Below, piece after piece: positions 49,841 through 62,944 of a DNA stretch of 64,000 bases. Origin of the DNA: Takakia lepidozioides. Its lineage: Eukaryota; Plantae; Bryophyta. The notes beneath the pieces were generated by a model, which was given only the letters and a program-made list of their open reading frames with translations, was not told the DNA's origin and searched no databases. Numbering within the stretch: the stretch's first letter is position 1; each line of letters begins with the position of its first letter. The stretch covers positions 27,776,001 to 27,840,000 of the forward strand of contig CM060731.1 of NCBI GenBank assembly GCA_030704615.1, written 5' to 3'. The translations under genes and the position numbers were made by a program.

Positions 49841-52165
49841 CTAGTCGTCACTGTCCGAGGATGTGGAATTTGATGTTGTGGCCTGATTTGCACTGCCAAT
49901 TGCTAGAGCTTGCGACCGTGATCTCATGGTCAATGAAGGGCCCAATGGCATGTGATCAATTTTACTTCGCGGCGAAAGTTGACTTTCTTCTTCACTCTCA
50001 CGACGTGGCGGAGGTGGATCGAGAACAAGTACTCGGGCTGCATGCAAACCAGCAACGAGGCCGTCCACATCCGGCAATAGAGCCCCCGAAACACGATGAT
50101 AACGGTCTGTCCATAATCGCCTCCATTTCTCTACAACTGCCTTGATGGTACTTTTGAAACTTTCCAACTGCCTCTCGCGGGCCCTGTCCCTAATTATTGT
50201 GTCGTTTCGACGATAAGCCGTCTCGTACGCATCATTCATTCAGCGTTGACATATTATAGCATCTTCCAGTTCGAACAGCAACAAATGTCTCCCAATCGGT
50301 TGTCGGTCATACAATTCGTTATCCTCCGATACCCATGGAACCTGTGGGAGCCGGATAAACCTGGACCTTCTTTGACTCCAATGCCCTCCCAGATTGCGGC
50401 AAAACTGCTCTCTCCCCCACCAATCTCGAATACCTTCCGCACGTATGGTTATCTCTCAATCAGATGTAACCTAGAAATATTGGGGATCTTTGATGTATGC
50501 TGGGTTTCCGGCATGTATGCGATGCATCTCTCTGTCTGCATCCCATACCAAGTTCTTGCCCTTATGCACACAATTCAGAAATGTGTATGGTAGCCCATCC
50601 AATGGGAGGTTGTGTCGATTGTATTCAAAACCTATGGGCATCCGATCCTCCAAGCCCACCAGCTCATAGAAACGGCGATGGATTGGTGTACGACATTCTG
50701 GGCAAGCGCTCGTCCGCAAGGCTTGCGGGATAAGACATGTGAGATGGAACATATGTCCACATGATCCAAGCACATGACATCCCTATGGGCCGTATGGATT
50801 TCTACACATCGAACAAACTGTGCCATCTGATATCCATGACGGCAAAACGCCTTGCGGTATCTCCCCCCTCTGGGCCGGTTTGATGTGGCTGGTCATCCTT
50901 CTTGTGGTATCCCACTCTTCTTCTATCTCGAATTCCCAGTTAATGCTTCTGTTCGACCTCGAAATTCTGTGCTCACATCGATCGAACATAGAATCCACAT
51001 CTGCCCAATTGGTATACCCGGCGAACACGCTTGATGCGATGCGGAGATCGTTATACCTTTGCATGTTGGCATAAATGCTATCCACGCTACGGTTCGACAT
51101 GCGTGCGACACGTTGCAAGCTTGACAGTGCCCGCTCTACCCGTGCTTCTCTGGAGGCCAAATGGGTTGCCCATTGTATCCAATTCTCCCAATCGCCATTC
51201 AATGGGACCCATGCCTGAATCTCCAGCGTTTTGGACAAGCGCCATGCACTTGCCATGACAATGTCCCGTTCCTTTGTAACGCGGTCGACATCTAATATCG
51301 GGTTTATCTCCGATTGAATGGCGACCCTCGAGCATTCCCCGGTTTCCAGTATTGGTTCTTTTCATTTCCTCCTTTTCTCATCCGCAATTCGTTGTTCCTC
51401 AACCATGGTTTCATCGGCCACAGGGTCAAGGACGTCCGTAACTTCCTGAATGATGAGGTCAATACTGCGATCGGGCATCGCAAACTCCGCATCCATGTCC
51501 ACGACGTTTGTTCGATCCTCATTGTGGATAACAGTGCCTTCATTGTTTAGAGGCATGTCTTGCAATGTAGCTTCCAACTCGGATATGCGCAGTGTTTGCC
51601 AGTCTAGTCGGTCCTGCAGGGTCCTGATTCATTGGTCTCTTTCCGCCAGTTGTTCCTCTAACGTTGCAGCCGGTTGTATTCCGAACGTGTCCGAGATGTA
51701 CTCCAAATCGTATAGCAACCTTGCGTTCCTCCTACTAGCAGTTTGCCAATTCACTGGACGCAAGAGTATGACCTTCACGTACAACATGGCTACCAAGGTG
51801 TACGAGATTTGACCCTTTAAGAGAGGTTGACCCCACAATGTGCAATGCACCTCATTCGCCCTATGCTGGAAATGCAAGTTCGTGCAAGACCTGGACTCTG
51901 CATAATTGTTTCGGGTTTGCATGTCATGCCTATCCAAATGCCACAATTGATTGATGTGGTACCATTTAACGATTTTTTTGCATCTCGCCATCGGCCACCG
52001 GAACTCTTCCGGAACATCCTCCCAGCCCTCTTCTGCTAGTATGCTAGGGTCACCAAATACTTCCCAATTCAAGTCTTGCCTTGACCCTTTGATTTTCTTA
52101 GGGGGCGGTCCATGTTCATTGGGGTCATCTCTTCCATGACGGTCATCGTCCTGACCTTCTGCCAT
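49841..52165 (-). pseudogene. Intronless RING-H2 (E3-ligase-like) protein, disrupted
   Basis: CSMC...*...CGHMFHLTC...CPEC = C3H2C3; consecutive same-strand ORFs separated by single stops or frameshifts. Confidence 0.75.
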
Positions 52166-52549
52166 TCTACAACAATCGGAGCACCACTAAACGAGGTTTT
52201 CTAAAAAGACGTAACTCTAAACCCTTCCCCCGTTAAGTAGGTTTGAGTAGGTGTCAAAATACTTCTTAAAAGCTAATTTTGTAGAATAAAATGATCCTGG
52301 AAGCCAGAGGAGGGCCTATGGGAGCATTCTGCAATGACCTCACAGAAATCGCGGCAAAAAATACCCCCACCCAACCAATGGCCTTCTTCTCCACGTGACT
52401 ACGTGTCGTGGAATAATGAAATGTCACGCACACAGAAGTTGTGTGGAGAGGAAGTGAGGGGAGAATAAGCCTCCCTTAGCTTATATCCCTCCCCCCCCCC
52501 CCCCCCCCGCCCTCATTTCTCGGGCCACGTGCAGGGCGTCTCTTCTAGA

Positions 52550-53740
52550 AGTGACCGCCAACTTGACGGTCGCTTGATTTTTCGGAAAATAAAAAAATAA
52601 GCGACCGCCAGAATTGGGGGTCGCTCCATTTTCGGGAAAAAAAAAAAAAACGACCGCCAGAACATGCGGTCGCTCCATTTTTCGGAAATAAAAAAAATAA
52701 GCGACTGCCAATTTAGGCGGTTGGTTCATTTAAGAAAAAATTTAAAATAAATAAGCGACCGCCAACATAGGCGGTCGCTTCATTTTTAAAAAATTAAAAT
52801 AAATAAGCGACTGCCAGCATTGGCGGTTGCTTCATTTTCAAAACATTTCGAATAAATAAGCGACCGCCAACATAGGCAGTCGCTTCATTTTCAAAACTTT
52901 AAAAAACATAAGCGACCGCCAACATAGGCGGTCGCTTCATTTAATAAAATAAAATAAAAATAAGCGACCGCCAGCATAGGCGGTCGCTTCATTTTCAAAA
53001 CATTTAAAATATATAAGCGACCGCCAACATAGGCGGTCGCTTCATTTTAAAAAAATAAAAAAAATAAGTTATCGCTAGCATAGGCGGTCGCTTCATTTTC
53101 AAAACATTTAAATAAGCGACCGCCAACATAGGCAGTCGCTTCATTTTCAAAAACTTAAAAAAAAAATAAGCGACCGCCAACATAGGCGGTCGCTTCATTT
53201 CCAAAATAATTAAAATAAAAGCGACCGTTAGTAATGGCAGTCGCCCCATTTCTAAAAATAAAAAAATAAAAATAAAAACGACTGCTAATAATGGCGGTCG
53301 CTGCATCTTAAAAAATAACCATCAGAGCGACCGCCAGAAATGGCGGTCGCTGCATTTTGTAAAAACAAAAACTGTCAGTAATGGAAGTGAGGGGAGAATG
53401 ACTAGGGGCTTATATGCCCTCCCCCCCCCGCCTCATTCCTCGCTCCACGCGCAGGGCAGACCTCGTAGAAGCGACCGCCACCATGGCGGTCGCTCCATTT
53501 AAAAACGAAAAAAAACGACCGCCACAAATGGCGTCGCTCCATTTCGCCAAAAAAAAGAAAAAAAACGACCGCCAGTAATGGCGGTCGCTGCATTTATAAA
53601 AACAAAAAAAAACTTCAAGCGAAGTGAGGGGAGAATGTCCCGGAGCTTATATGCCCCTCTCCCCCCCGCCTCACTCCTCGCTCCATGCGCAGGTCACACT
53701 TAGTAGAAGCGACCGCCACCTTGGCGGTCGCTCCATTTAA
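52550..53740. repeat. Palindrome array 2 (inverted relative to array 1) interleaved with a triplicated TATA-containing motif
   Basis: About 20 GCGACCGCC/GGCGGTCGC units; gaagtgaggggagaat...cttatat(g)ccc...c-run at ~52451, ~53384 and ~53620. Confidence 0.9.
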
Positions 53741-54187
53741 ATAAAAATGAATGCACAGTTGGAAGCATGACACAATTGTTCTCCATTCCACAAGCAAATC
53801 ACCGAACACAAACATGAGCAAGTGACGGTGCCTTTGGCCGACATTTTGGCTGGTATACACATGGGCAACATCTTTTATTTTCCAACACATACACAACAAC
53901 AATACAAATACTCATAGTGACAATGATCACATTGGTATTACTTCAGTGCAGAAATATAAACATGTCCACTAAAAAGTGCTGATGCATGCCTACAGCTGTT
54001 TTGCTTCAATTCCTTCTACTGCTTCGACGGCGGGACGAAAAAGATCATAATCCTAATGCTCCGATGGATTGAGAATCCGGGTCACCCTCGACTTCACCAC
54101 CGTTGCCATGATCAGTGCTGGAATCGTCCTCCCTATCCGGCCTCATATGTCAAGGCCTTTGAATCTGCAAGCGACCTCGAACCACAT

Positions 54188-56990
54188 TTAGTTCTTCTGA
54201 GGTCGACTCCCGCTCCGATTTTGAATACCATCCACGGTATCTGGCCTGTTTGTGGGCCGATCGCCTACAAAAGGTTGGACTGTTCTCTGTCGTTTATGGA
54301 CTTGGGACGCAATCGAAAGTGGTATCGAAGGAGGTACCGGAGGGGGGACTGCCCGAGATGGACCGACATTAGATGGTCCGGCATGTAAGGAACCACGGGT
54401 CTGCTGCGCAATACGTCGGTTAAGGTGGAATTGTAGTGACAGGTTGTCATTATCCGAGGCTTCAACTTCCGCTCGGTCCAATGCAGCAGAATGATGCATG
54501 CGTGTGGAAAACAGATCAACCCTGTTGCTCCTTAATGCCCACTGTGTTGATGGGGAGCTGGATCGGTTTTGGCATTGTGGTGGAGCTGGTCGTATCGGTG
54601 AGGCATGATTCTGTCCCGTCGACTGTACAATGGGTTCGACACTATCATTTGTATGAACATGGTTGCGTACGTCGATCGGTCCTGGCAGTACATCACCCCT
54701 AAGCTCCATTGGGGCACTACCGGTGGCTTTAGCATGTAGTGGGGGGTGAGGGTTGACCCCAACTTCATTTTGAGGACCATGTTCTGGGGATGACACAATT
54801 GCAGCTTCACCTTCATCTGCGATATGCACTTCTTCAAGAAGGTCATCAAATGTCGGCTGGATATAAACATCATCTTCTGTGAATGTAAATGGGTCATACG
54901 CATTTTCGGGAGCATCATCGGATCCATCTTCACTATCGGAGGCAGATGATTTATTCTGAGATGATTCTCTCTAAGGCTCAGTATCGTCACTCATCGAATT
55001 AGCCTCAGAAGCAGAGTCTTCGGAATGCAAATTCCTCTCATACCATGTTGCAGCATCATCCGCTGCCCTCTCACGTAGCAGCCGACAATTGATATACACA
55101 TACACCAATTTGTCAGCCCTCGCGGGATTCAGCCTGTTGCGAATCTTGTTGTGAACAAATAAGTAACTGCTCCAATTGCGTTCGCAAGATGAGACAGAGC
55201 ACACTTGAGCAAGAATACGCTTCGCAATGGGAGCCAATGTTCTTGCTCCAGCTCCAATCAGATCCCACCATTCATGTGGCAGTATATTGAGCTCTTTTGG
55301 ATCTGGAATGTCCTCAAAAGGGTCGCGGCGATCTGAGAAGCATTGGTACTCGGATATAGCTCTCTCTGCATGGTTTGGTGGAGCCAGTCGCACGAGCATT
55401 CGCACGAGGCCGGCCTTGGCATCAGCGTCGTCTCGGAGCATGGTATTGTCGAATAAGAATGGATTGAGCAAAGCCCCCGCATAATGCAAGTCCGTTCGAA
55501 CCATCGAACGACGGTCGTAAAATGCATCCTCAGCACTGTCCGTAAGTTCATGTTCCAAGGAGAAGGGAGGATGCCTCAAGGATTGGACGTGCTTCTCAAG
55601 ATTTTGCATTAGTAACCATGCCTTGCCCATTACTGGTTGCTTTCTATCAAACTTCCGCAAGACGATTAACACCGGCTCAACCATATAAACAAAGTTTTCA
55701 CATTTCTTTCAGAAATCATCGCTGCGAATGCTATTTCGAACTTTTCGACTTTTGCCCAATGACTTGGCTTTTCTGGAGTCCCGCAATGTCCGTGTGTACG
55801 CATCCCATTGAGGATCGATGATAATGTGCTCCAGACTGCTCTTCACCGTCACCAACCGATCCATCATCAAGAAGTTAGTAGCAAAATGAGTTTCGACTGG
55901 ATTGCGGAGGCTGTATTTGGGTTCGTGCCTCCTATATATTGCCAAAGAGATGTGGTGTGTACGGATGAACGACATAACAGTCTTCGCTCGCTCGATAAGT
56001 TGTTTCACCCACTGTTCTTTTCCTCAATCTTCCAAAAAGAGGTCAAGGATATGAGCAGTACAACCTTGATAGTACATATGGGGATAACGTGCCAACAACA
56101 TGTCTGAAGTGTTTCTCATGTTAGCGGCATTGTCTGTGCATATTTGCACGATTCTATCACTTCCGACCTGTTCGATGAAGTCCGTCATTAGTTGGCATTG
56201 ATAACGTCCATCTTTATTCTCGCCGCTAGTGTCGACCGATCCCAAGAATTGTTCCCCAACTGGACATACGAGCATGACATTAAACAACGGTCTGTTTGTG
56301 ACAGAACTCCAACCATCGGCACATATAGTGCTTCCATATTTTCTGATACACTCGCCCGTCCTATCGTTGACCTTGTGGGTAAGCTCGGTTATGACGTCTT
56401 CTAGCAATCCTGTGCGGAGATTGTGATAAGTCGGAGGCGCGTACGTGATTCTGGACTCCGAGGTTGCTCTAACAGCAGAAACAAATGACGGAAGCCTTGC
56501 CACATTAAATGGTATGTTGGCCTTGAAGTAAAACTGCGCCCATTTTTTATCCAACTGTATTTTCGCAGACAAGTTAAGACCTTCTTGCATGGATTGCTGC
56601 CGTAATCCTCTACTCCGTTGAAGTGTAGGGGTATAAAGAGGTGCTGAAGCAGGTGTTGCTCCAACACAACCCACTTGTCCAAGGACACCCGAAGCCTCAC
56701 AAGAGTCGCCCTGGGTACTAATCGGGACATCCTGATGGGAAGATGGAGTGTTCTGCTCAGAGGTCATGTCCAGATCGAAAGACATTGGAATATTGCCTCT
56801 ACACTGGGCAAAATGGTTTTTTACCCACATAGATGCTTTCGGGCATAAACCCACCCCATCGTTCTTCATACCTTTATAGCCGAGGTGAGCGAGCCACCGA
56901 TCCTTACGATAAGAAAGTTTTAATCCACATAGGTTGCACTCAACACTACCAGTGGCATTGACAGTGTTCGGGATTGCCGTATACCAAGGG
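54188..56990 (-). pseudogene. hAT transposase (BED-like finger, DUF659-type core, C-terminal dimerisation domain, low-complexity tail)
   Basis: CNLC...LAHL; CADGWS, QICTDNAANM, CTAHILDLFLED, EWW...SCERNWS...RNRL. Confidence 0.92.
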
Positions 56991-57419
56991 CTCTATTCTT
57001 CCCTCATCTTCACCCAATATCCACTCCCCTGGGACCTAGCGATGCAAGCAACAAAAAACAGTCACCTATAAATGAACGTGTTATGAATGTAGAGTGCAAT
57101 GCGATAGCCCAACACTTCTACACCTGTCAGCAACCCAAGTGGGTCGATGTGGGTTATAATGTTGAGCTTATACACAATCTGCTGAAGTGGCTTTGGTGGA
57201 AGCCACAACGGCAAAAGGTGCGCACCCTCCTCTTGGGCTACACTCTCGTTCAATGGAAGAGTACATCCAAAGCAACCTCAAGTGTTTGCGCCAAAAAAAG
57301 TGAAAAGCTTGGTGACCCTCCTCCCTTATATATGATCCAAGAGAGATGAAAGTGAAATGAATAAATGACGAACTAATAGCGCCCACCAAAAAAAGGCTGT
57401 ACAATCATATTTGTTGTAA

Positions 57420-58550
57420 TTTTGAAATTAAGCGACCGCTAATACTACGGTCCGTATTTTTAGTTTTTATGAAAAACAAGCGACCGCCACTACTGCGGTC
57501 GCTTTATTTCTTTTCATTTTGTGCAATATTGTGGTCACTTCTATTTTGTATATTTTTAAATTTAAGTGACCGCCAAGATAGTGGTCGCTATTTCTTTTTT
57601 TAATTCGAAAAATAAAGCGACTGCCAGTGCCACCGCCAATCTTGCTTTTATGAAAAATAAATTTGAAGCGACCGCCAATACGGCGGTCGCTATTTCTTTT
57701 TTAATTTCGAAAAGCAAAGCGACTGCCATAATTGGCGGTCGCGTTTATTTTGTTAATTTTCAAAAATGTATTTGCCACTATGCGACCGCCAATACAGCAG
57801 TCGCTTGTTTTCTTTTTTAAATTAGGCGACCGCCAATACGACCGCCAATCTTGTTTTTTTAAAACAATAAATTGAAGCGACCGCCAGCATAGCGGTCGCT
57901 ATTTATTTTTTAAATTCAAAAAAGAATGCGACCGCCAGTGCGACTGCCAATCTTGCTTGAAAAAAAAAAACATTTGAAGCGACCGCCAATATGGCGGTCG
58001 TTTTTTCTTTTTCTATTTCGAAAAATAAGGCGACCGCCAATCTTGCTTTAAAAAAAATAAAAATTGAAGCGACCGCCAATACGGCGGTCGCTATTTATTT
58101 TTAATTTCGAAAAACAAAGCGACCGCCATAATTGGCGGTCGCGTTCATTTTGTTAATTTTCAAAAATGTATTTGCCACCGTGCGACCGCCAATACGGCAG
58201 TCGCTTGTTTTCTTTTTTAAATTAGGCGACCGCCAATACGACTGCCAATCTTGTTTTTTTAAGACAATAAATTGAAGCGACCGCCAGCATAGCGGTCGCT
58301 ATTTGTTTTTTTAATTCGAAAAATAAGGCGACCGCCAGTGCGACCGCCAATCTTGCTTTAAAAAAAAAGAAACATTTGAAGCGACCGCCAATATGGCGGT
58401 CGCTATTTTTTTTTCTATTTCAAAAAATAAGGCGACCGCTAATCTTGCTTTAAAAAAAATAAAAATTGAAGCGACCGCCAATACGGCGGTCGCTATTTCT
58501 TTCTTAATTTCGAAAAACAAAGCGAATTGGCGGTCGTGTTCATTTTGTTA
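57420..58550. repeat. Palindrome array 3 (higher-order tandem repeat, ~420-bp period)
   Basis: More than 20 full or half GCGACCGCC-N5/6-GGCGGTCGC units; lies upstream of the hAT gene and its TATA (~57325). Confidence 0.92.
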
Positions 58551-58901
58551 ATTTTCAAAATGTATTTGCCACCGCCACTGTGTCGACGACGTGGCTGCTT
58601 AAGTGGCAGTATTTTACCTGGTATTATTTTTACCAGAATATTCCCCGAACCTGACGTGACGGAGATCCTGTCAGCATCAGGTCTGACGTGACCTGACGCT
58701 GACTGACGGACGTGACGCTGATAACCGGGATGCACACCTAGTCTTCTAAATGTCAACCTTATGTGTAGATGTTCTAGTTTCAGGGCTAGGGTGTTTGTGG
58801 ACTATATATAGTACATTTGTATCGGGGATAACAGACTAATTGACAACATGTACTGGGTAATGATGTCTGATGGATACTCGTGCTAATTAGTATATATCCT
58901 T

Positions 58902-59053
58902 TGCATTGGCTAAATTTGTATATCATTCGACTTTGATGTCGACGTTTAATGAATTTGGAGTCATGCAAATTGTGTTATTAATATGTATCATTTGCATTGT
59001 CTAATGTATGTCATTCGACTTTGATGTCGACGTTTAAGAAATTTGGAGTCATA
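58902..59053. repeat. ~60-bp direct repeat (2 copies)
   Basis: tcattcgactttgatgtcgacgtttaa occurs twice. Confidence 0.8.
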
Positions 59054-59194
59054 CACATTCACTTGAAAACTAAATCTTGATTAATTGCTTCATAAATTGT
59101 ACTTATTTGTTTTAATTTAAATATAAAATTATAAGTTTTGTCCGGATTTATTCCAAAAGTCCAGAATTAGTTAAAATTGAGTTAATGTCTCTAT

Positions 59195-60070
59195 CAGTAG
59201 AGGCACAAGGGCAGTGGTGACATCGGCTGCTATACCAGCTGCTTCTGCAAGCAGCAGTGGGATAAGTGATACATGAGCTGGGATGTCCATCCAAGCTCCT
59301 GCTGCAACACCAACACCCGTGCCTGCCTTTAACCCAGTTGTAGAGTTCTTCGAGGATTTGAGGAGAAACTATCGGGGGATAACGACGGAGAAGTTGTGGA
59401 GCTTGCAAGAATTACAGCGCAAGCCTACTGAGAGTTTGAGGGAGGCTTACACGCGCATGAGGCAATTGATAAATGTGACCCAAGGGGTTACGGAAGCTTA
59501 GGCAGTCCAATTCTGCTATGGGATATTGGACAAAGAACTGAGGAGAATGGTGTGGGATGCAACTCTCCTACAAGTGGGCCAACCCACCTTAGCAAATGCG
59601 TTTTTGCTGGTAGAGCGGATAGAGCTCAATATGGTGGAGGAGCGAGTGGTCATGGTGAGGTTTGCTAATAAGACACAACGAAGTGAGGCTCCTAGCTAAC
59701 AACAACCACTGCCCCAACGTGCTCAAGGCAACAAGGAGGCTCAGGTGAAGCCCAGGGAAGGACAGAGAGACAGATGCAGAGGTCTCTTCCTTTATTCTCA
59801 GTCCAACAACAGTCGGGTGTGACTTGTTGGGATTGTGGAGGACCTCATGTTAAGAGATTGCCCGGAGAGAGACAAAGGGTCGGCACAGGCACAACCTACA
59901 CAACTAAAGTGTGGGCATTGTGGCAAGTATGGGCATGAGGAGGTCCATTGTTATGACTTGCATCCTGAGCTGCGGCCCGGCCAGTTCCAAGGGAACAATG
60001 GTGGCCGAGGCAATGTAATCCAGAGAGGTAGTGGAGGCAGAGGTTGTGGTGGAGGTCGTAACCATGTTAG
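59195..60070 (+). mobile_element. gag fragment of the DNMT-Gypsy family
   Basis: AFNPVVEFFEDLRRNY...QRKPTESLREAY and CGHCGKYGHEEVHCYDLHPELRP match 7270-8030. Confidence 0.9.
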
Positions 60071-61531
60071 GATATCAACTATAGTCTTCACAGTTGGAGT
60101 TCTCACTAGCTGTTTGAAAAGGGGCAGGAGGATCAGCCTTGGCATCGTCTTGTATGAGACGACCACCACTATCTTCCATTGTAGAATTGTAGCCAATGCG
60201 GATTTACCTCCCTCATGAACTTAAAAGTAATGAATGGTCATGAAACAGTGGATCTGGGTAGAGATCTTTGGCTTGTTTGCACAACAGTTGGTTCGATCCA
60301 GGACTGGGCACAGCTAGCCAGATTTGATGATCATTTTGAATCTCTCAGGTTTTGAACAGCGACAATGCACTGCAAGCTCTGTGTCTTGACAACAAAGTAT
60401 GCCTGGCCCATGGCTGGCAAATCCACTCGCACAGAGTATGTTTTCTCACCAGTTCAATAACATCTTAAATTATACAACTGGAATACAAAAATCTGAGGAG
60501 GCTTTTGATATGCAAGTGATTCATATCTTTAAGCGAGTGTGGTTATATGAGATGTTGTGCCACACAGCTTAGGTTTCTTGTTCTCTGCTTAACCAGCAAC
60601 TTGCTGAAGATGCCTCACAAGAGGTAGTGAAAATGAAATAAAAGAAAGAGAACAAGGAGAAAGATATTCATTGTGTCCGTGGGAGAGAGATTGAGTGTTT
60701 TGGATTCTCCTGACGGTGTAACAAACGAGTCAGAATCAACTGAACAAATATGCTGCAGAAGTGGGGAGGGAAATGCACACATTACGGCAGGCAGCTGCTG
60801 ACATGCTTCTCACCTATCAACGTGAGGTAATTCTCCCCTCTGCCTGCCTCCTTGTCCCTTTTCCTATTTCTGCTCAATCTGATACCTTCATGGTATTCGT
60901 GCTGGAGTCTATAATCATTGTGTGACTAACCCAAGAAGAGAGGATACTGACTGGGGTTTGGACAGGTTGATGATGCTGGGGGTGCTTTGGAGGAACTGCA
61001 AAAACACATGGTTGCAGCATCAGAGGTACTGCCACCTCACTTTATATTCCATTGTGATTAAAAATCTTGAAGGATTGTTGAATATGTTAAGTGTGGGTTC
61101 TGCTCTTAGAGCCAGTGCATTGACATAAGAGAAGCAAGAGACCAGACACAACATCCTTAATGAGGGCATCTCTTATCCCATGTGAAAAATTAATCTCGCC
61201 TAATGTATGTAGGTCCATAAAGGAAGTGTTGCCAAAAGCACCAGCCAGAAAAACCTGCTGTAGCTTTCTTTTTCGACTTCAAGTTAGCTGAATTTACCAC
61301 AAGGGCTTCCTCTTCCCTTACAAGATTGCCAGTATTGCCTCTTTTGTAAAACAAAAAAAAATCACTGGGCTGATCCCCACAATGGGCTCTCTCTGCTTTG
61401 GCAAAATAGAAGGGGAGGTGAGACTGGGGGCATGACTGAGCACAAGGCATCAATTGGAGCCTTGACAAACTCGGTAAGGTCCTTTGATTGCATTCTCTCC
61501 ATCGACTTCAACACTATGCATAGTCGCACTT

Positions 61532-61615
61532 GAGTAGGTAGCCTAGTGGTTGGGTATTTGTTCCTTGCCTCTGCATAACGCGGGTGATCTTGGGTTCAAT
61601 CCTTCAGCATGTGCC
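61532..61615 (+). mobile_element. Possible degenerate tRNA-SINE head
   Basis: A-box-like TAGCCTAGTGG and B-box GGTTCAATCC. Confidence 0.4.
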
Positions 61616-62944
61616 TTCAACTGTCCATTGATGTACTGTGTTTAGAGGCTCTGTAAATTCACTGGACGTTAAAGGAACTTTTTCTGTATCTTTTATCTTC
61701 TGCCCAAATTTTCTAAAAAATACAGAAGAGGAGAGGAAAAGACAAAAGGGTTTGAAGCGGGCGTCATTATGACTGGTGGGTGCCATTAACTTCAGGGCCT
61801 CAAGTACCCGCGTATGAAGGTGTTTGCAGGAGATTTTGGCGGTCGAGAAGCATCCGTGTGAACTGTGAAACGAAGGCGGGATACAAGAAATTGAAGTGGG
61901 GCCCCTCAACAGTCAACATGCGGCTCTTGCTCTACAGTATGTAAGTTACGAGCAGAGATTCGAAGCCTCATGTGCAGATCCCAAAAAGAAGAAGAGCTTG
62001 TGCAAAGATCTTTACTGCCACTTCTGATCCTCGTAATGAAAGCCTGGCGTCTATATTCCTAGCTAGAATATTGACAGTTATTAGTTAGCTGATAGTTAGA
62101 TGGAGTCAGGCACCCTGGACCAGCAGGCGACTGCAGAAAAGGGGGCTTCAGCCTTCAAAGTTCAGCCACCGCAGCCTGTACTGCAAGGGATTGTCCCCGG
62201 AAATTCTAATAGATAGAGAGAAACATACCCGTACTTCATAGTTATTTATGTAGTGAGAGAGAAGGATTACAGATCACCCACAAACTACAAAAGTCATAAT
62301 GTTCTTCCACTTCAACAGCTGTACACCGTGATCACGAGCAACGTTCAGGAAATAATTTGAGTTGAACTAGTATGTGACCCCTCATTGCGAGCACCAACCG
62401 GCCATAAGTGGGTTGGGGAGTCGATTGCTGCAAGGTCAATTTCGTAGGAAAATTTCGCAGGGTTTCAATTATCACTCTGAAATTCCTCGAGGGTAGCATG
62501 TAACTGGCTGCCGGTTCTCCCCCATTCACGAGACTGCATGCAGACTCCTTGCTGATCATACACACGTCCTAAGACAGGAACCACAGCTTGCAATAGTGTT
62601 TCAAATTTCCCGGGAGTTGGGATTTAAGAAACTGGGCATAATAGAATTTACCGGAAACTAGCTTGTTGGCTCTACATTGTATGACATATACTCCAAGGCC
62701 TTTAAATCTGTATTTGAAACGTGCGGGTTCGCCTCTAGGCTCTTACTTGCATTTCCGAGTTTCTAACCAGCTCATTTACTTGCTCAATTGCCGCCCACAC
62801 TATATGTAGCTTTCCTTGTGTTGTGCTGAGATTTGTGAAATGTGTTGATGCGAATATATCATTGCGATTGATCAGATTACTTTGTGACATAGGTGTATAT
62901 TAAAGAATGAGGATTTTATCACGGATGCATGAGTGAAACTGAAC

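Larger units (their letters stand above)
42559..58742. mobile_element. Large composite DNA-transposon-like region carrying kinase, RING and hAT transposase genes with palindrome arrays
   Basis: Both ends have GTTATCA plus CGTCACGT clusters in inverted orientation; the same palindrome occurs at left, middle and right; hAT transposase inside; TSD not found. Confidence 0.55.

Noticed and set aside
42772-58550. Palindromic repeat arrays as CRISPR arrays
   Set aside because: Spacers are near-identical AT-rich linkers rather than unique sequences; no cas genes; eukaryotic context
42559-58742. Endogenous giant virus, Polinton or autonomous Helitron
   Set aside because: No capsid, DNA polymerase, packaging ATPase or Rep/helicase motifs were recognised; only the hAT transposase is a clear mobility gene
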